From the NCBI GenBank assembly GCA_964644375.1, contig CAZXWJ010000002.1, positions 1 through 53,873 of the forward strand: DNA of 53,873 nucleotides, given 5' to 3'. How positions within the stretch are numbered: position 1 is the stretch's first letter; each line of letters starts with the position of its first letter. The position numbers were made by a program, and so were the translations under genes. The notes under the pieces are model-generated. The model was not told the origin of the DNA and searched no databases. It saw only the letters and a program-made list of their open reading frames with translations. Positions 26,409 to 36,203 of this stretch are shown in pieces. The stretch is from an uncultured Desulfobacteraceae bacterium. GTDB lineage: Bacteria; Desulfobacterota; DSM-4660; Desulfatiglandales; HGW-15.

Positions 26409-27833
26409 ATGATTATGAAGGTCGTCTTTCTGCAACGAGATTCATTTGTAAAGATTTCCATCGAGTTGCTGTCCGGTATTCTAAAGCAAAACGGGCATGC
26501 ATGCGAACTCTATATCGAGTCCGGCGAAAATCAATTTCTTTCTTCGGCGCTTTCGAGCGGTGCAGACTTGTTCGCCTTTTCCTGTACGACCGGAGGAGAG
26601 CAATGGGTCTATGATACCGCTGAGAGGCTCAAAAAGCAAACCTCAACGCCCATCATCGTGGGCGGCCCCCATACCACATTCTTCCCTCAAATGATCCATA
26701 ATCCTCACATCGATTACATCTGCAGAGGCGAGGGGGAGGAGGCCCTCCTCGAACTACTTTCGGTTCTCCATCGACCTGACGCCATCAGACAGATTCGAAA
26801 CATCTGGTCAAAAGACTTGCAGGGAAACGTTCATGAAACGGAGGTGAGGCCCTTCTTTCGTGATCTCGATAACATTCCCTTGCCGGATTTTGGCATCTAT
26901 ACCAAATACCCCTACATGACACCATACAACTTGGAGATGTTCCCCGTTATGACCGGTCGAGGATGCCCTTTTGCCTGCAGTTACTGCTTTAACAAGGCCT
27001 ACCGTGACCTCTACCGAAAAGGCGGCCGGTATTTAAGAAAAAGAAGCCCTGAGGTGATGATCGAGGAGCTTGTTAGGGCTAAAAAAAAGTGGGGAGTCAA
27101 AAAGATCAACTTTGTAGACGATTCCTTTTTTCTTTTTCCGAAATGGTTCGAGGAGTTTTACCCTCTTTATATAAAGCATGTAAACTTACCCTTTATCATC
27201 AACGTCGAAGCGACTCATGTGAAGGACGATCTTGTAAAAAAAGTAAGTGAAATGGGTTGCATTTGTGTAAGGATGGGAGTTGAGACCGGAAACGATACCC
27301 TGAGGAAAGAAGTCCTCAACAAAAAAGTCAACAATGAGCAGATTAGAAGAGCGGCCGCCAGCATCAAGAAATACGGCATGAACCTGAGCACATACAACAT
27401 GCTCGGGCTCCCCGGAGAAACTTTCGAAAACGCCATGGAGACCTATCAATTGAACAGGGAAATCGGCACGAATTTCGCGCAGTGCTCATTACTGCAGCCA
27501 TATCCCGGGACGAAAATAAACGATTATGTTCGAGAAATGGGCATCTATGGACAGACCGACCGAGAGATAACGTTAAACGCGTCATTTTTTGCAACAAGCA
27601 AAATCATATTGGAAAATGAAAGGGAAATCACTAATCTTCAAAAGCTCATGCAGGTATTCATTCAAATGAAGGTGCCTGCGAGTACAGTCAGGAAGATCGT
27701 AAAACTTCCGGAAAATTTATTTTTTCACTATGTTTTTAGGCTCAGTTTTATTATCGGAAAGATAAAAAATCAGCATATAAAGCTGATTCCTTTGATCCGC
27801 CTGGGGTTGCATTCGCTTAGCTACATGAAATAG
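26409..27833 (+). CDS. B12-binding-domain radical SAM protein (class B), copy 2
   Basis: The start was chosen at ATG 26409 (GAGGA upstream). Motifs are 'FAFSCTTGGEQW..PIIVGGPHTTFFP', 'GRGCPFACSYC' (CxxxCxxC) and 'VRMGVETGNDTLRKEVLNK'. It is collinear with the 16440 gene. Confidence 0.85.
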   Translation: MIMKVVFLQRDSFVKISIELLSGILKQNGHACELYIESGENQFLSSALSSGADLFAFSCTTGGEQWVYDTAERLKKQTSTPIIVGGPHTTFFPQMIHNPHIDYICRGEGEEALLELLSVLHRPDAIRQIRNIWSKDLQGNVHETEVRPFFRDLDNIPLPDFGIYTKYPYMTPYNLEMFPVMTGRGCPFACSYCFNKAYRDLYRKGGRYLRKRSPEVMIEELVRAKKKWGVKKINFVDDSFFLFPKWFEEFYPLYIKHVNLPFIINVEATHVKDDLVKKVSEMGCICVRMGVETGNDTLRKEVLNKKVNNEQIRRAAASIKKYGMNLSTYNMLGLPGETFENAMETYQLNREIGTNFAQCSLLQPYPGTKINDYVREMGIYGQTDREITLNASFFATSKIILENEREITNLQKLMQVFIQMKVPASTVRKIVKLPENLFFHYVFRLSFIIGKIKNQHIKLIPLIRLGLHSLSYMK

Positions 27834-28025
27834 GCACGATTGAGTCGATGGAATCAAACCGGCCATGAGAGAGCGAAGGACGCTTGGTGTGGAACTTTTA
27901 CTTTGAGAGAAAACCGATAAGGCCCACTTGGCCAAGGTCCGGGATACGCGGCTGAGTGGGTGACCGTTGGTCCTTAGCGGGATATTGTTGCAGGAAAACG
28001 CATGTAAAGAAGGCCAGTCTATCAA

Positions 28026-29342
28026 ATGGAAGGCAAATCATATCATACCGTCATCCTCGGGGCAGGGTTGTCGGGCTTGAGTGCCGCCTATCATTCCGGG
28101 TATCCGGTTTTCGAAAAACGGTGTGCGCCGGGAGGGACTGCGGGTTCCGTAAGAAAGGAAGGATATGTCTTTGATTTCGGCATCCACGTGATCCACAGCA
28201 GGAACCCCGATTTTCATACCCTGATGCAAGAGATCGGTGCCGAATTTATTGCACATATACGCAGGGGGTTGATTTACAGTTATGGCGCCTACGCTGCATA
28301 TCCTTTCCAGGTCAATACCTCACATCTTTCTCTCAAGCTACGGCTACAATGTGTGCTCGGTTATCTCTTTCGTAAAAGGCATGCATCCATCCACAGTTAT
28401 GAGGACTGGATCATTCAAAATTTCGGGGCGGGGTTTGCCGAATATTTCTTAATTCCGTATTCAAAAAAATTCTGGGGCATATCACCCCGTGAAATGACGC
28501 ATGAATGGACGGGACAGCAGCGAGTACCCAAACCCAGAACCATGGATGTGATCAAGGGGGCCTTCCGGGATCAGAATAGCGGGTTCGGGCCAAATGCCGA
28601 ATTTTCCTACCCATCAAGACAGGGTGAGGGTTTTGCCGGTATCGCAGAAGCCTTTTCGTCAAAGATCGACGATATTCATTACAACATGAAGGCCACGGCC
28701 ATAGACCCCCGGAACAAGGTCATTATCTTCAACGGGGGCGATTTTATCATCAGGTATGACAAGATAATTTCGTCCCTCCCGTTGCCCGAACTGATCGGTA
28801 TATTGTCAGATCCGCCCCTGCAGGTGAAAAGGGCGATCGATCGCCTGCGTTTCAATTCCATTGCCATCGTCAATTTGGGGCTGAATCGATCCATCATCGA
28901 TCCGAATCATTGGATTCATTATCCGGATCCCGATATCCGTTTTTTCCGGATCAGCTTCCCGAGTAATTTCTGCGATGGCCTCAACCCGAAAGGGACCAGT
29001 ACGATTCAGGCGGAAGTCTCTTACGAGACCACCACACCGCCCGACAAAGAGGAACTCACCCATCAGATTCACCGGGATCTCATTAAAGTCGGCATCCTAA
29101 AATCTTCAGATCATGCGGTTTTTAAAGATGTTCTTTTCCTGAAATATGGCTATGTCATTTATGACCACCATAGGATGGAGGCCGTGCACACGATTCACCG
29201 GTATCTGAATGCGCTGGACATCTTTCCATGCGGCCGTTACGGCGCTTGGGAATATCAGTGGACTGATGAAGCGATTCTCAGCGGCAGGGATATGGCCCTG
29301 CAACTACTGCAGAGAGGTGATGTCGATACGGTTCAGCTATGA
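28026..29342 (+). CDS. FAD/NAD(P)-binding oxidoreductase (amine-oxidase/UDP-galactopyranose-mutase-like fold)
   Basis: The N-terminal dinucleotide fold is 'HTVILGAGLSGLSAAYH..FEKRCAPGG'. The C-terminal 'CGRYGAWEYQWTDEAILSG' is typical of this flavoenzyme group. Substrate unknown. Confidence 0.7.
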   Translation: MEGKSYHTVILGAGLSGLSAAYHSGYPVFEKRCAPGGTAGSVRKEGYVFDFGIHVIHSRNPDFHTLMQEIGAEFIAHIRRGLIYSYGAYAAYPFQVNTSHLSLKLRLQCVLGYLFRKRHASIHSYEDWIIQNFGAGFAEYFLIPYSKKFWGISPREMTHEWTGQQRVPKPRTMDVIKGAFRDQNSGFGPNAEFSYPSRQGEGFAGIAEAFSSKIDDIHYNMKATAIDPRNKVIIFNGGDFIIRYDKIISSLPLPELIGILSDPPLQVKRAIDRLRFNSIAIVNLGLNRSIIDPNHWIHYPDPDIRFFRISFPSNFCDGLNPKGTSTIQAEVSYETTTPPDKEELTHQIHRDLIKVGILKSSDHAVFKDVLFLKYGYVIYDHHRMEAVHTIHRYLNALDIFPCGRYGAWEYQWTDEAILSGRDMALQLLQRGDVDTVQL

Positions 29343-29479
29343 ACGATGCTTGGCGCAAACAAGGCGCGGCGGATATCTTCGACTTGAGAGACAAATCCTA
29401 TTTCCCTTTTCGAGTAGGTGGTCTTCGATGGGCGAGCAGAGTACAATGGCGCTGAAATCACGATCGAAGGAGAGTAGGA

Positions 29480-30943
29480 TTGGAAACAGTATTCCCAAAT
29501 GACCTGCCTGCTGTTGCTATCGCCATTGTAACCATGAACCGTTGCGAGGCCTTACTGAGCCTCTTATCCCAAATTCGGAACCTTGATTATCCGATCGGAA
29601 AGATCGATGCATACGTGGTTGACAATGCCTCCAATGATGGAACGGCGCAACAGGTCCGCAGGCTTTTTCCGGCAGTACACATCGATGAAGGCAGCGAAAA
29701 TGTAGGCATTACAGCAGGCTTCAACTTGGCGATTCTGGAGGCATTGAAAACCGACAGGGGCTATTCGTATATATGGCTTTTGGACGACGATGCCGAAATC
29801 GAGAATCAAACCTTGTCTACACTGGTAGCGGTGGCGCAAAAAGATCCGAATATCGCCGTGGTCGGGTCTGCGGTTTATGATTTAGACAGGCCCGAACACC
29901 TGGTTGCTGCGGGCTTTGACGTCGACTGGAAAAGGGCCACATTGACTTTTCGCAGACCCGAAGACGAAAATGCCGAACAGCTCTTGGATGTGGATGTCAA
30001 TGCGGCCTGTTCATCGCTTGTCAGAGCGGAACTTTTCCGTAAGATGGGGACTTGGGACGAGAAATTCTGGCTTTACTGGGGGGATACCGACTGGTGCATC
30101 CGGGCAAAAAAGAGCGGGTTCCGGATCTGCTGCCACTTGCAATCTCGCGTCTGGCACAGAAACTGGGCACATGTCAAGCCCGATTTTGGCTACTCCCGAC
30201 TTCTGTATGATCGCATTCGCGGTGGACTTCTTTTCAACCATCGGCACGGTCCTAGGCACACGGTGACCGGCATTCGACATCTGGCCTTCAAGAGCTATAT
30301 GAAGGCTGTGGCGGAAACTTTCACCCGACGACCGAATTTCCCTCGCGCATGCGTGGAAGGCGTGGATGATTTTTTAAAAGGATCTTTTTCAACAAAGGAT
30401 TTTTCTCCATGGACGAAAGACCTGGCCGTCTCCGGCATCGATGAAACCTGTCGAAGGCTAAAAGACCTGATTCCGAAAAACCCAAGCATCATTATCAACC
30501 AAATTGGCGATGAAGGACGAAAACGGATCATCAAAGAGACGATGGAAAGGCATTTCGCTCACATTCAATGGGAGGAGTTCCCGGAGATAAGGGGCGTCAG
30601 GGAAGAACACCTTGCAGACCACTATCGAGAATATCTTCTCCACTATTTCCCCCGATTTTTATTGTCTCTCACCAGGCTGTGCCACAGAAAAGACCTTGTT
30701 ATATCCTCCATTTCCAGTCCCGAACTTTTAAACATGACGGTCGCCAGAAAGACCATGTTTTTGAATCCCACTCTGCAGGCCTGTGTTACCGGCAATCACC
30801 CGTTTCACGCTCTACAAATTTCTCTCAGACTCATCATCAAGGGTTTTAAAATTGCCTTTATTGATATACCAAAAGTGGTAAACGATGACGGCCCACGCCA
30901 AATGATGGCAGCAAAGGACCCTGTTGAACCGGCCGAAAGATAA
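29480..30943 (+). CDS. Family 2 glycosyltransferase with a ~200-aa C-terminal extension
   Basis: GAAGGAGAG lies upstream of a TTG start. Motifs are 'VAIAIVTMNRCEALLSLL..VVDNASNDGT', 'WLLDDDAEI' (DxD) and 'WGDTDWCIRAKKSGF'. Confidence 0.8.
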   Translation: METVFPNDLPAVAIAIVTMNRCEALLSLLSQIRNLDYPIGKIDAYVVDNASNDGTAQQVRRLFPAVHIDEGSENVGITAGFNLAILEALKTDRGYSYIWLLDDDAEIENQTLSTLVAVAQKDPNIAVVGSAVYDLDRPEHLVAAGFDVDWKRATLTFRRPEDENAEQLLDVDVNAACSSLVRAELFRKMGTWDEKFWLYWGDTDWCIRAKKSGFRICCHLQSRVWHRNWAHVKPDFGYSRLLYDRIRGGLLFNHRHGPRHTVTGIRHLAFKSYMKAVAETFTRRPNFPRACVEGVDDFLKGSFSTKDFSPWTKDLAVSGIDETCRRLKDLIPKNPSIIINQIGDEGRKRIIKETMERHFAHIQWEEFPEIRGVREEHLADHYREYLLHYFPRFLLSLTRLCHRKDLVISSISSPELLNMTVARKTMFLNPTLQACVTGNHPFHALQISLRLIIKGFKIAFIDIPKVVNDDGPRQMMAAKDPVEPAER

Positions 30944-31060
30944 GAATCAGGACGGCATGACGGGTTTGTGTCTGTCTTCGCATTGGATGGCGCCGTATCG
31001 GCGCAAGACCCGTTTATGCGTGAATGTTTTTAAATCAACCCGTGAGCAGACTCAAAAAAA

Positions 31061-32548
31061 GTGCAAAATAAGGCTTCCACTTTAATTTTGAAATATGGCA
31101 TGACCTCCCTTTCAGGCGCTTTGATTGCCGTCGCCGCCTGGCAGATTTTACGGCTGGAGTTTCGGTACGCCCTCGCCGTTATCGGGGGCATCGTTGTATT
31201 ATGTGCAGGGTTGGCCCTGATCAAGCGCTTGGACGACTACCTTATCTATATTCTGATCTTCAATGTGACCTTTGCGCAGTTCGGAAAATGGATGTTGCCC
31301 CAGCGAGAGGACATCGTATTTGCGCGCGGCATCAGTGTGGGGCTTGCAGAGTTAATCATTTTGATGGCCTACTTGTCATGGTATGCAAAAATTTTCATCT
31401 CCCGTACAGAATCGATGCCAAGGTTTCAAAAGGCTGAATATCTCATCCTCTTGCTGATTCTGTGTCAGGTGATGTCCATGATCGGTGCACCTAAAAAAAT
31501 CCTGAGTTTTCTCGATATCGTTTACAACATCAAGCATGCGTTGATTTATTTTTTTATCGCCCGAAAGATCAAATACGGTCATTTAACGGGCATTATTCTT
31601 ATTTTTTTATTTGCGATTTTTCTTGAAAGCTCGATAGGAGTCTACGAACGCTATACAGGTAATGTGGGGATTGGGAATGCCAAAGGGAGTGCCGAGGGAC
31701 TGGGAACACAGTTCATTGTCCCCGGCATCGAGCATGTCATTCGGTCAGAAGGGACAACTGCGGATTCCCATTCTCTCGGCCTATACTTCGTCATGCTATT
31801 GCCGGTTCCCCTGGTTTTCACAGCCATGAGATTCTTAAAAACGCCTTACAAGGTCGCAACGGGATTGGTTTTTATTATCGGTTCCATCGGTCTTTTAGTC
31901 ACCTTTACACGCTCCGGATGGATCTGTTTTGCCCTCTCTTCGGCCTTTTCTCTAAGCGTCATCATCTTCCTATGGAGGCAGAGCCGGGCCATTATTATGC
32001 TCCTCGCTGTTCTTCTGGGTTTGAGTCTTTTTTACCCACAGGGCTATCAAAAAATCCACCAGCGCTTCCAGAGCGCTCCATGGGAACTGATCACCGAACG
32101 ATTGGATCAGTCGAAAACGGCGTTCGGCGTATGGAAAAGTCATTTTTTTTTCGGATGCGGGGCAGCAAACTACATGCCGTATATCGAAAACACAGATACT
32201 CCCCAGTATGACACCGGTGAGCTTCCCGCCCATGTTATGGTTCTTCTGATTGCGGCCGAGATCGGATTGTTTGGCGTGACCGCTTATTATGGCATCATTT
32301 TTTTGGCCATGTTCCGGTGCTGTCAAATGCTTGGCTGTAGCGATCGACTGATCAGGGGGGTGGCGCTCGCCCTCCTGACGGCATTTATCGGCTATCTTCT
32401 CGATGGTCTGACGAGTCCGCTGGGTCGCAATGTCGTACCCTATTACCAGTTGTGGGTGTACATCGGCATCAGTATGTCCCTAAAAAGAGTCGTGGAGGAA
32501 AAGGGCACCCTATCCGTGAAACCGATCAACGAGGAGGTTACCCCATGA
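31061..32548 (+). CDS. O-antigen ligase/polymerase-family membrane protein (Wzy-like)
   Basis: This is a polytopic membrane protein of 495 aa with a large loop after 'TFTRSGWICFALS' and 'FFFGCGAANY', as in Wzy_C-type proteins. It has a GTG start. Confidence 0.7.
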   Translation: MQNKASTLILKYGMTSLSGALIAVAAWQILRLEFRYALAVIGGIVVLCAGLALIKRLDDYLIYILIFNVTFAQFGKWMLPQREDIVFARGISVGLAELIILMAYLSWYAKIFISRTESMPRFQKAEYLILLLILCQVMSMIGAPKKILSFLDIVYNIKHALIYFFIARKIKYGHLTGIILIFLFAIFLESSIGVYERYTGNVGIGNAKGSAEGLGTQFIVPGIEHVIRSEGTTADSHSLGLYFVMLLPVPLVFTAMRFLKTPYKVATGLVFIIGSIGLLVTFTRSGWICFALSSAFSLSVIIFLWRQSRAIIMLLAVLLGLSLFYPQGYQKIHQRFQSAPWELITERLDQSKTAFGVWKSHFFFGCGAANYMPYIENTDTPQYDTGELPAHVMVLLIAAEIGLFGVTAYYGIIFLAMFRCCQMLGCSDRLIRGVALALLTAFIGYLLDGLTSPLGRNVVPYYQLWVYIGISMSLKRVVEEKGTLSVKPINEEVTP

Positions 32549-33615
32549 ATAGGAGGCTGAAAATAAGCGTCGTGATCGCCTCCTACAACCGCAGCATGAC
32601 GATTCCCAGCACCCTTCGCTGCCTTGCCGAACAGACCCTACATCCCTCGGATTACGAGGTGATTGTGGTTGACGACGGCTCCCCGGATGACACCGAGGGG
32701 GCCGTCAGATCTGCTATGGAACGCCATCCGTACGATCTGCGATATCTCAGACATGCAAACAGGGGAATTTGCTATACCCAAAACCGAGGTATCCGCCACG
32801 CACGGGCACCGCTTATTCTCCTGATTCCGGACGACATCAAACTGGTCCCCGGGGCATTGGCGGCCCATGTCGACAGACATGAGCGCCATCCCGACCCACA
32901 TATTGCCATACTGGGTAAGGTCCTGCAATCGGACGAACTCGCCACGGAATCCGTTTTTTTGAGGAATTGGGACCCCTTTAAATTTAAGACCCTTAAGCAT
33001 ATCCATGAACTGCCCTATTATTATTTCTGGGCCTGTAACATTTCGTTCAAAAAGGACTTTGTGATCAAAAACGGCATGTTCAATGAATCGCTGGTGCGGG
33101 GAGGGGCCGACGGCCATGAAGATGTTGAACTCGGCTATCGACTCGCCCGAAAAGGTCTTCGTATTCTTTACAGCAACAAGGCCCTCGGATATCATTATCA
33201 TATCGTGACCCTGAAAGATGCGCTGCGAAAATACTACCACAAGGGTCAGACCTGGCCCAAATTTCGCCGCAGTGCGAATCACCCCGAAATAACGGTGCAT
33301 TATCATGTTTTGAGCATTCACACGCTCAAGGATTACATGCGAACGTTTCGACATCCAAACCGCCTCCTCGGCGTGGACAGAAACCCTGTTTTGCTCCTTT
33401 TTCGCCACGTGGCGCATGCCCTGTTTTTTAATTTTATGTCTGTTCCCTTCCTGTGGCTGCCCCTTATGTTCAGAGCGGAAAAATTTCCGCAGCTAGCAAA
33501 ACTCATGCATCCGCAATTGTACCGAGGTGTCCTGTTTCACTTTTTTTTAAAAGGCGCCGTCCACAATCTGAGAGGTTTTTGCAGGACACAATTATACGGA
33601 ATAAAAACAGGATAG
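32545..33615 (+). CDS. Family 2 glycosyltransferase
   Basis: ATG 32545 overlaps the upstream stop (ATGA). Motifs are 'ISVVIASYNRSMTIPSTL..VIVVDDGSPDDT', 'LLIPDDI' and 'GHEDVELGYRLARKG'. Confidence 0.8.
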   Translation: MNRRLKISVVIASYNRSMTIPSTLRCLAEQTLHPSDYEVIVVDDGSPDDTEGAVRSAMERHPYDLRYLRHANRGICYTQNRGIRHARAPLILLIPDDIKLVPGALAAHVDRHERHPDPHIAILGKVLQSDELATESVFLRNWDPFKFKTLKHIHELPYYYFWACNISFKKDFVIKNGMFNESLVRGGADGHEDVELGYRLARKGLRILYSNKALGYHYHIVTLKDALRKYYHKGQTWPKFRRSANHPEITVHYHVLSIHTLKDYMRTFRHPNRLLGVDRNPVLLLFRHVAHALFFNFMSVPFLWLPLMFRAEKFPQLAKLMHPQLYRGVLFHFFLKGAVHNLRGFCRTQLYGIKTG

Positions 33616-33621
33616 ATTCCC

Positions 33622-34614
33622 ATGAAGCTGAGTGTAGAGATTTCCACCTACAACCGAAAGGACGTCCTGCGTAAGGTCCTCGAGCATTTGGCGGGTCAGA
33701 CATATCCCGCAGACCGATTCGAAGTGGTGGTATCCGACGACGGGTCTACGGATCGCACTCTCGAAATGGTGGATTCGCTGGCGCCCTCTCTGCCCTATCG
33801 CGTCCGATTTTTTTCACACGATCATCGAGGCGCGGGACCGACACATAATCAGGGGATCAGGGAAGCCCACGGAGAGCTCGTGCTCATGCTGGCCGACGAT
33901 ATTTTTCCCGCCCCGCAATTGCTTGAAGAGCATGTTAAAAGCCATGAGGCGCATTCCGCGGAATCCGTTGTCGTGGTGGGCCGATTGATACAGTCCGAGG
34001 AACTTCCGGAAACCGTTTTCCAAAAAAACTGGAACACGATCGCCAATACCCTGTTTTCAGGGCGTATAAAGAACCTTGAACACGGGGGATTTCTGGTCAG
34101 CAACCTGTCCTTTAAAAGACGCTTCATCATGAATTGCGGACTGTTTCGAAACTGGCCGGCCGGTTCCCATGAAGATGTGGAACTGGGGCATCGCCTGTTT
34201 CAAAACGGCATGACGCTTTTTTCTAATCCTCGGGCACTGGGATATCATCACCATGCCGAAACCCTTGACTCCGTGGCCGCTCGATCTTACATGCACGGCT
34301 ACAACTGGCACTATTTTGAAGAGACCGTTTCCGATCTGTGGATCCGACGGAGGTCGGAGCATGTGATGGTGCGTGACGGTAAGGGCTTATTGGTGAAATC
34401 CTACTTCAAGAGGACCTTGCGCCGCTTACTCGTCAATCGATTGACCATCTCGTGGATCGCCGATCCCTTGATTCGGAAGGCCGAGCGTAAGCCCGGCTTG
34501 ACCTTTATGGTCCCCTTTTTGACCGGAAAGGTCGCCTCTTATCATTTTCATAAGGGCATTCGCGATTCCCTGAAAAAAAACCGTGTTTCAGAGAGACGGA
34601 AGTCACAAATTTAA
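33622..34614 (+). CDS. Family 2 glycosyltransferase (tandem paralog of the previous gene)
   Basis: Motifs are 'LSVEISTYNRKDVLRKVL..VVVSDDGSTDRT', 'LMLADDI' and 'SHEDVELGHRLFQNG'. It is collinear with 32545-33615. Confidence 0.8.
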   Translation: MKLSVEISTYNRKDVLRKVLEHLAGQTYPADRFEVVVSDDGSTDRTLEMVDSLAPSLPYRVRFFSHDHRGAGPTHNQGIREAHGELVLMLADDIFPAPQLLEEHVKSHEAHSAESVVVVGRLIQSEELPETVFQKNWNTIANTLFSGRIKNLEHGGFLVSNLSFKRRFIMNCGLFRNWPAGSHEDVELGHRLFQNGMTLFSNPRALGYHHHAETLDSVAARSYMHGYNWHYFEETVSDLWIRRRSEHVMVRDGKGLLVKSYFKRTLRRLLVNRLTISWIADPLIRKAERKPGLTFMVPFLTGKVASYHFHKGIRDSLKKNRVSERRKSQI

Positions 34615-36201
34615 ATGGCAACGATATCTCCAAATCCGACCACCGAATCGCTCCTGAGGGAGTCAAATCATATCTCAGGCCTGGCCTCCGTTGAAAAAGA
34701 ACTGGTGGGCGTCGCCGGTGGAGCGGCCGTTAATTTCATCGGGAAAATCCTGGGGACCGGCATCTTGTATCTTTATTCCGTTGTTGTCGCCAGGATGTTG
34801 GGGCCCCAGATTTTCGGCCTGTTCATACTGGGGCTGACGATCATCAATCTTGCCGGAATATTATGCCGGCTGGGGTTGGACAACGGTATTATTAAATTTG
34901 CGGCTCAATACCAGGGCATCGGCGATAAGGCCCGGATGAAAGGCGCCCTGAACGATGCCTTGAAGTATTCCTTCGTTATCTCCATTGCCGTGGGTGGTCT
35001 GTTGTGCCTTTTTGCAGAACCCGTCATTTCTCATGGCCTCGGCAAACCCGACCTGGTCAATATCGTGAGATTATTGTCGGTTTCCCTGCCTTTTACTTCT
35101 CTCCTTTTCATCGCCCTAGGATTCACCATGGGGTTGAAAATCATGAAATACTGGGTTTATGTTCAAAACCTGTTTTGGCCCTTGTCAAATCTTCTCCTTG
35201 CCGTGTTATTTTTATACCTGGGGTTCCATATTTACGGAGTGGTCGCAGCCCAAGTGGTTTCGATCATCTCAGCCTCCCTTCTTGCCCTCTATTGCGTCCG
35301 ACGGGCCTTTCCGGAAATCGTTTCGGCGCCGTCCATCCCGGAGACGCGAAGGCTTTTTGAGGTATCCTTTCCACTGTCCTTGACGGTTTTTTTGAATTTT
35401 ATCGCCTCCTGGACCGATACTTTGATGCTGGGGTACTTCAACGCTTCGGAAGAGGTCGGCATTTATGCCGCAGCCATGAAGACCGCTCTGCTCACGAGCG
35501 TCTTCTTGCTATCCTTCAATATCATATTTGCACCCACCATTTCCGACCTATACCATAAAGAAGAAACTCAAAAGCTGGAGAACATGCTCAAGATCATTAC
35601 CCGGTGGGTGTTTACCATCAGCCTGGTCGTGTTTATAGGTATTTCGTTGCGTGCAAGAACCATCACGGGCTTGTTTGGTCCCGAGTTCGTTGCGGGTTCC
35701 GGTTGTCTCATTTTACTTTCCCTGGCCCAGGTTGCTAACGGGTTCGTGGGTCCGGTGGGCTTAATGCTTGCGATGACCGGACACCAAAAGCATCTGATGG
35801 CCACGACCCTTGGCACTTGCCTGTTGAATGTCACACTCAACGGCATCCTGATTCCGATGTACGGAATTCTGGGGGCGGCCGTTGCTACCGGCACCTCGCT
35901 GGTTGCACTCAACGCTGGCATGCTTTTTCAAGTTCATTTCTTATTAGGAATGCATCCCCACAATAAGAAGTTTGTTAAAATCATTTTTTTTGGTGTGATG
36001 ACATATGGCGTGATGTATGGCGTTGATTGCCTGTTCCCCGGACTGGATACAGGGTTGGGCCTTATGGGCTGGGGTGCCGCTTTGCTTCTCCTGTATGCGG
36101 GAATGATTGCCTGGTTTGGGTTTTATGAGGAGGATCGGTTTATTTTTGCGACGCTCAAACAGAACATTTTGAATCACATGTCTCAGCAAAGAGGACGATA
36201 G
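34615..36201 (+). CDS. Oligosaccharide flippase (Wzx-like, MOP superfamily polysaccharide biosynthesis protein)
   Basis: The 528-aa product is hydrophobic throughout, with about 14 helices. It has the typical N-terminus 'GVAGGAAVNFIGKILGTGILYLYSVVVARMLGPQIFGLF'. The ATG directly abuts the upstream stop. Confidence 0.8.
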   Translation: MATISPNPTTESLLRESNHISGLASVEKELVGVAGGAAVNFIGKILGTGILYLYSVVVARMLGPQIFGLFILGLTIINLAGILCRLGLDNGIIKFAAQYQGIGDKARMKGALNDALKYSFVISIAVGGLLCLFAEPVISHGLGKPDLVNIVRLLSVSLPFTSLLFIALGFTMGLKIMKYWVYVQNLFWPLSNLLLAVLFLYLGFHIYGVVAAQVVSIISASLLALYCVRRAFPEIVSAPSIPETRRLFEVSFPLSLTVFLNFIASWTDTLMLGYFNASEEVGIYAAAMKTALLTSVFLLSFNIIFAPTISDLYHKEETQKLENMLKIITRWVFTISLVVFIGISLRARTITGLFGPEFVAGSGCLILLSLAQVANGFVGPVGLMLAMTGHQKHLMATTLGTCLLNVTLNGILIPMYGILGAAVATGTSLVALNAGMLFQVHFLLGMHPHNKKFVKIIFFGVMTYGVMYGVDCLFPGLDTGLGLMGWGAALLLLYAGMIAWFGFYEEDRFIFATLKQNILNHMSQQRGR

Positions 36202-36203
36202 CT

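Noticed and set aside
32638-33417. A 259-aa ORF antisense to the GT2 gene
   Set aside because: The sense strand has clear GT2 motifs and operon context. The antisense product has no motif, signal or ribosome-binding site. It is a typical shadow ORF.
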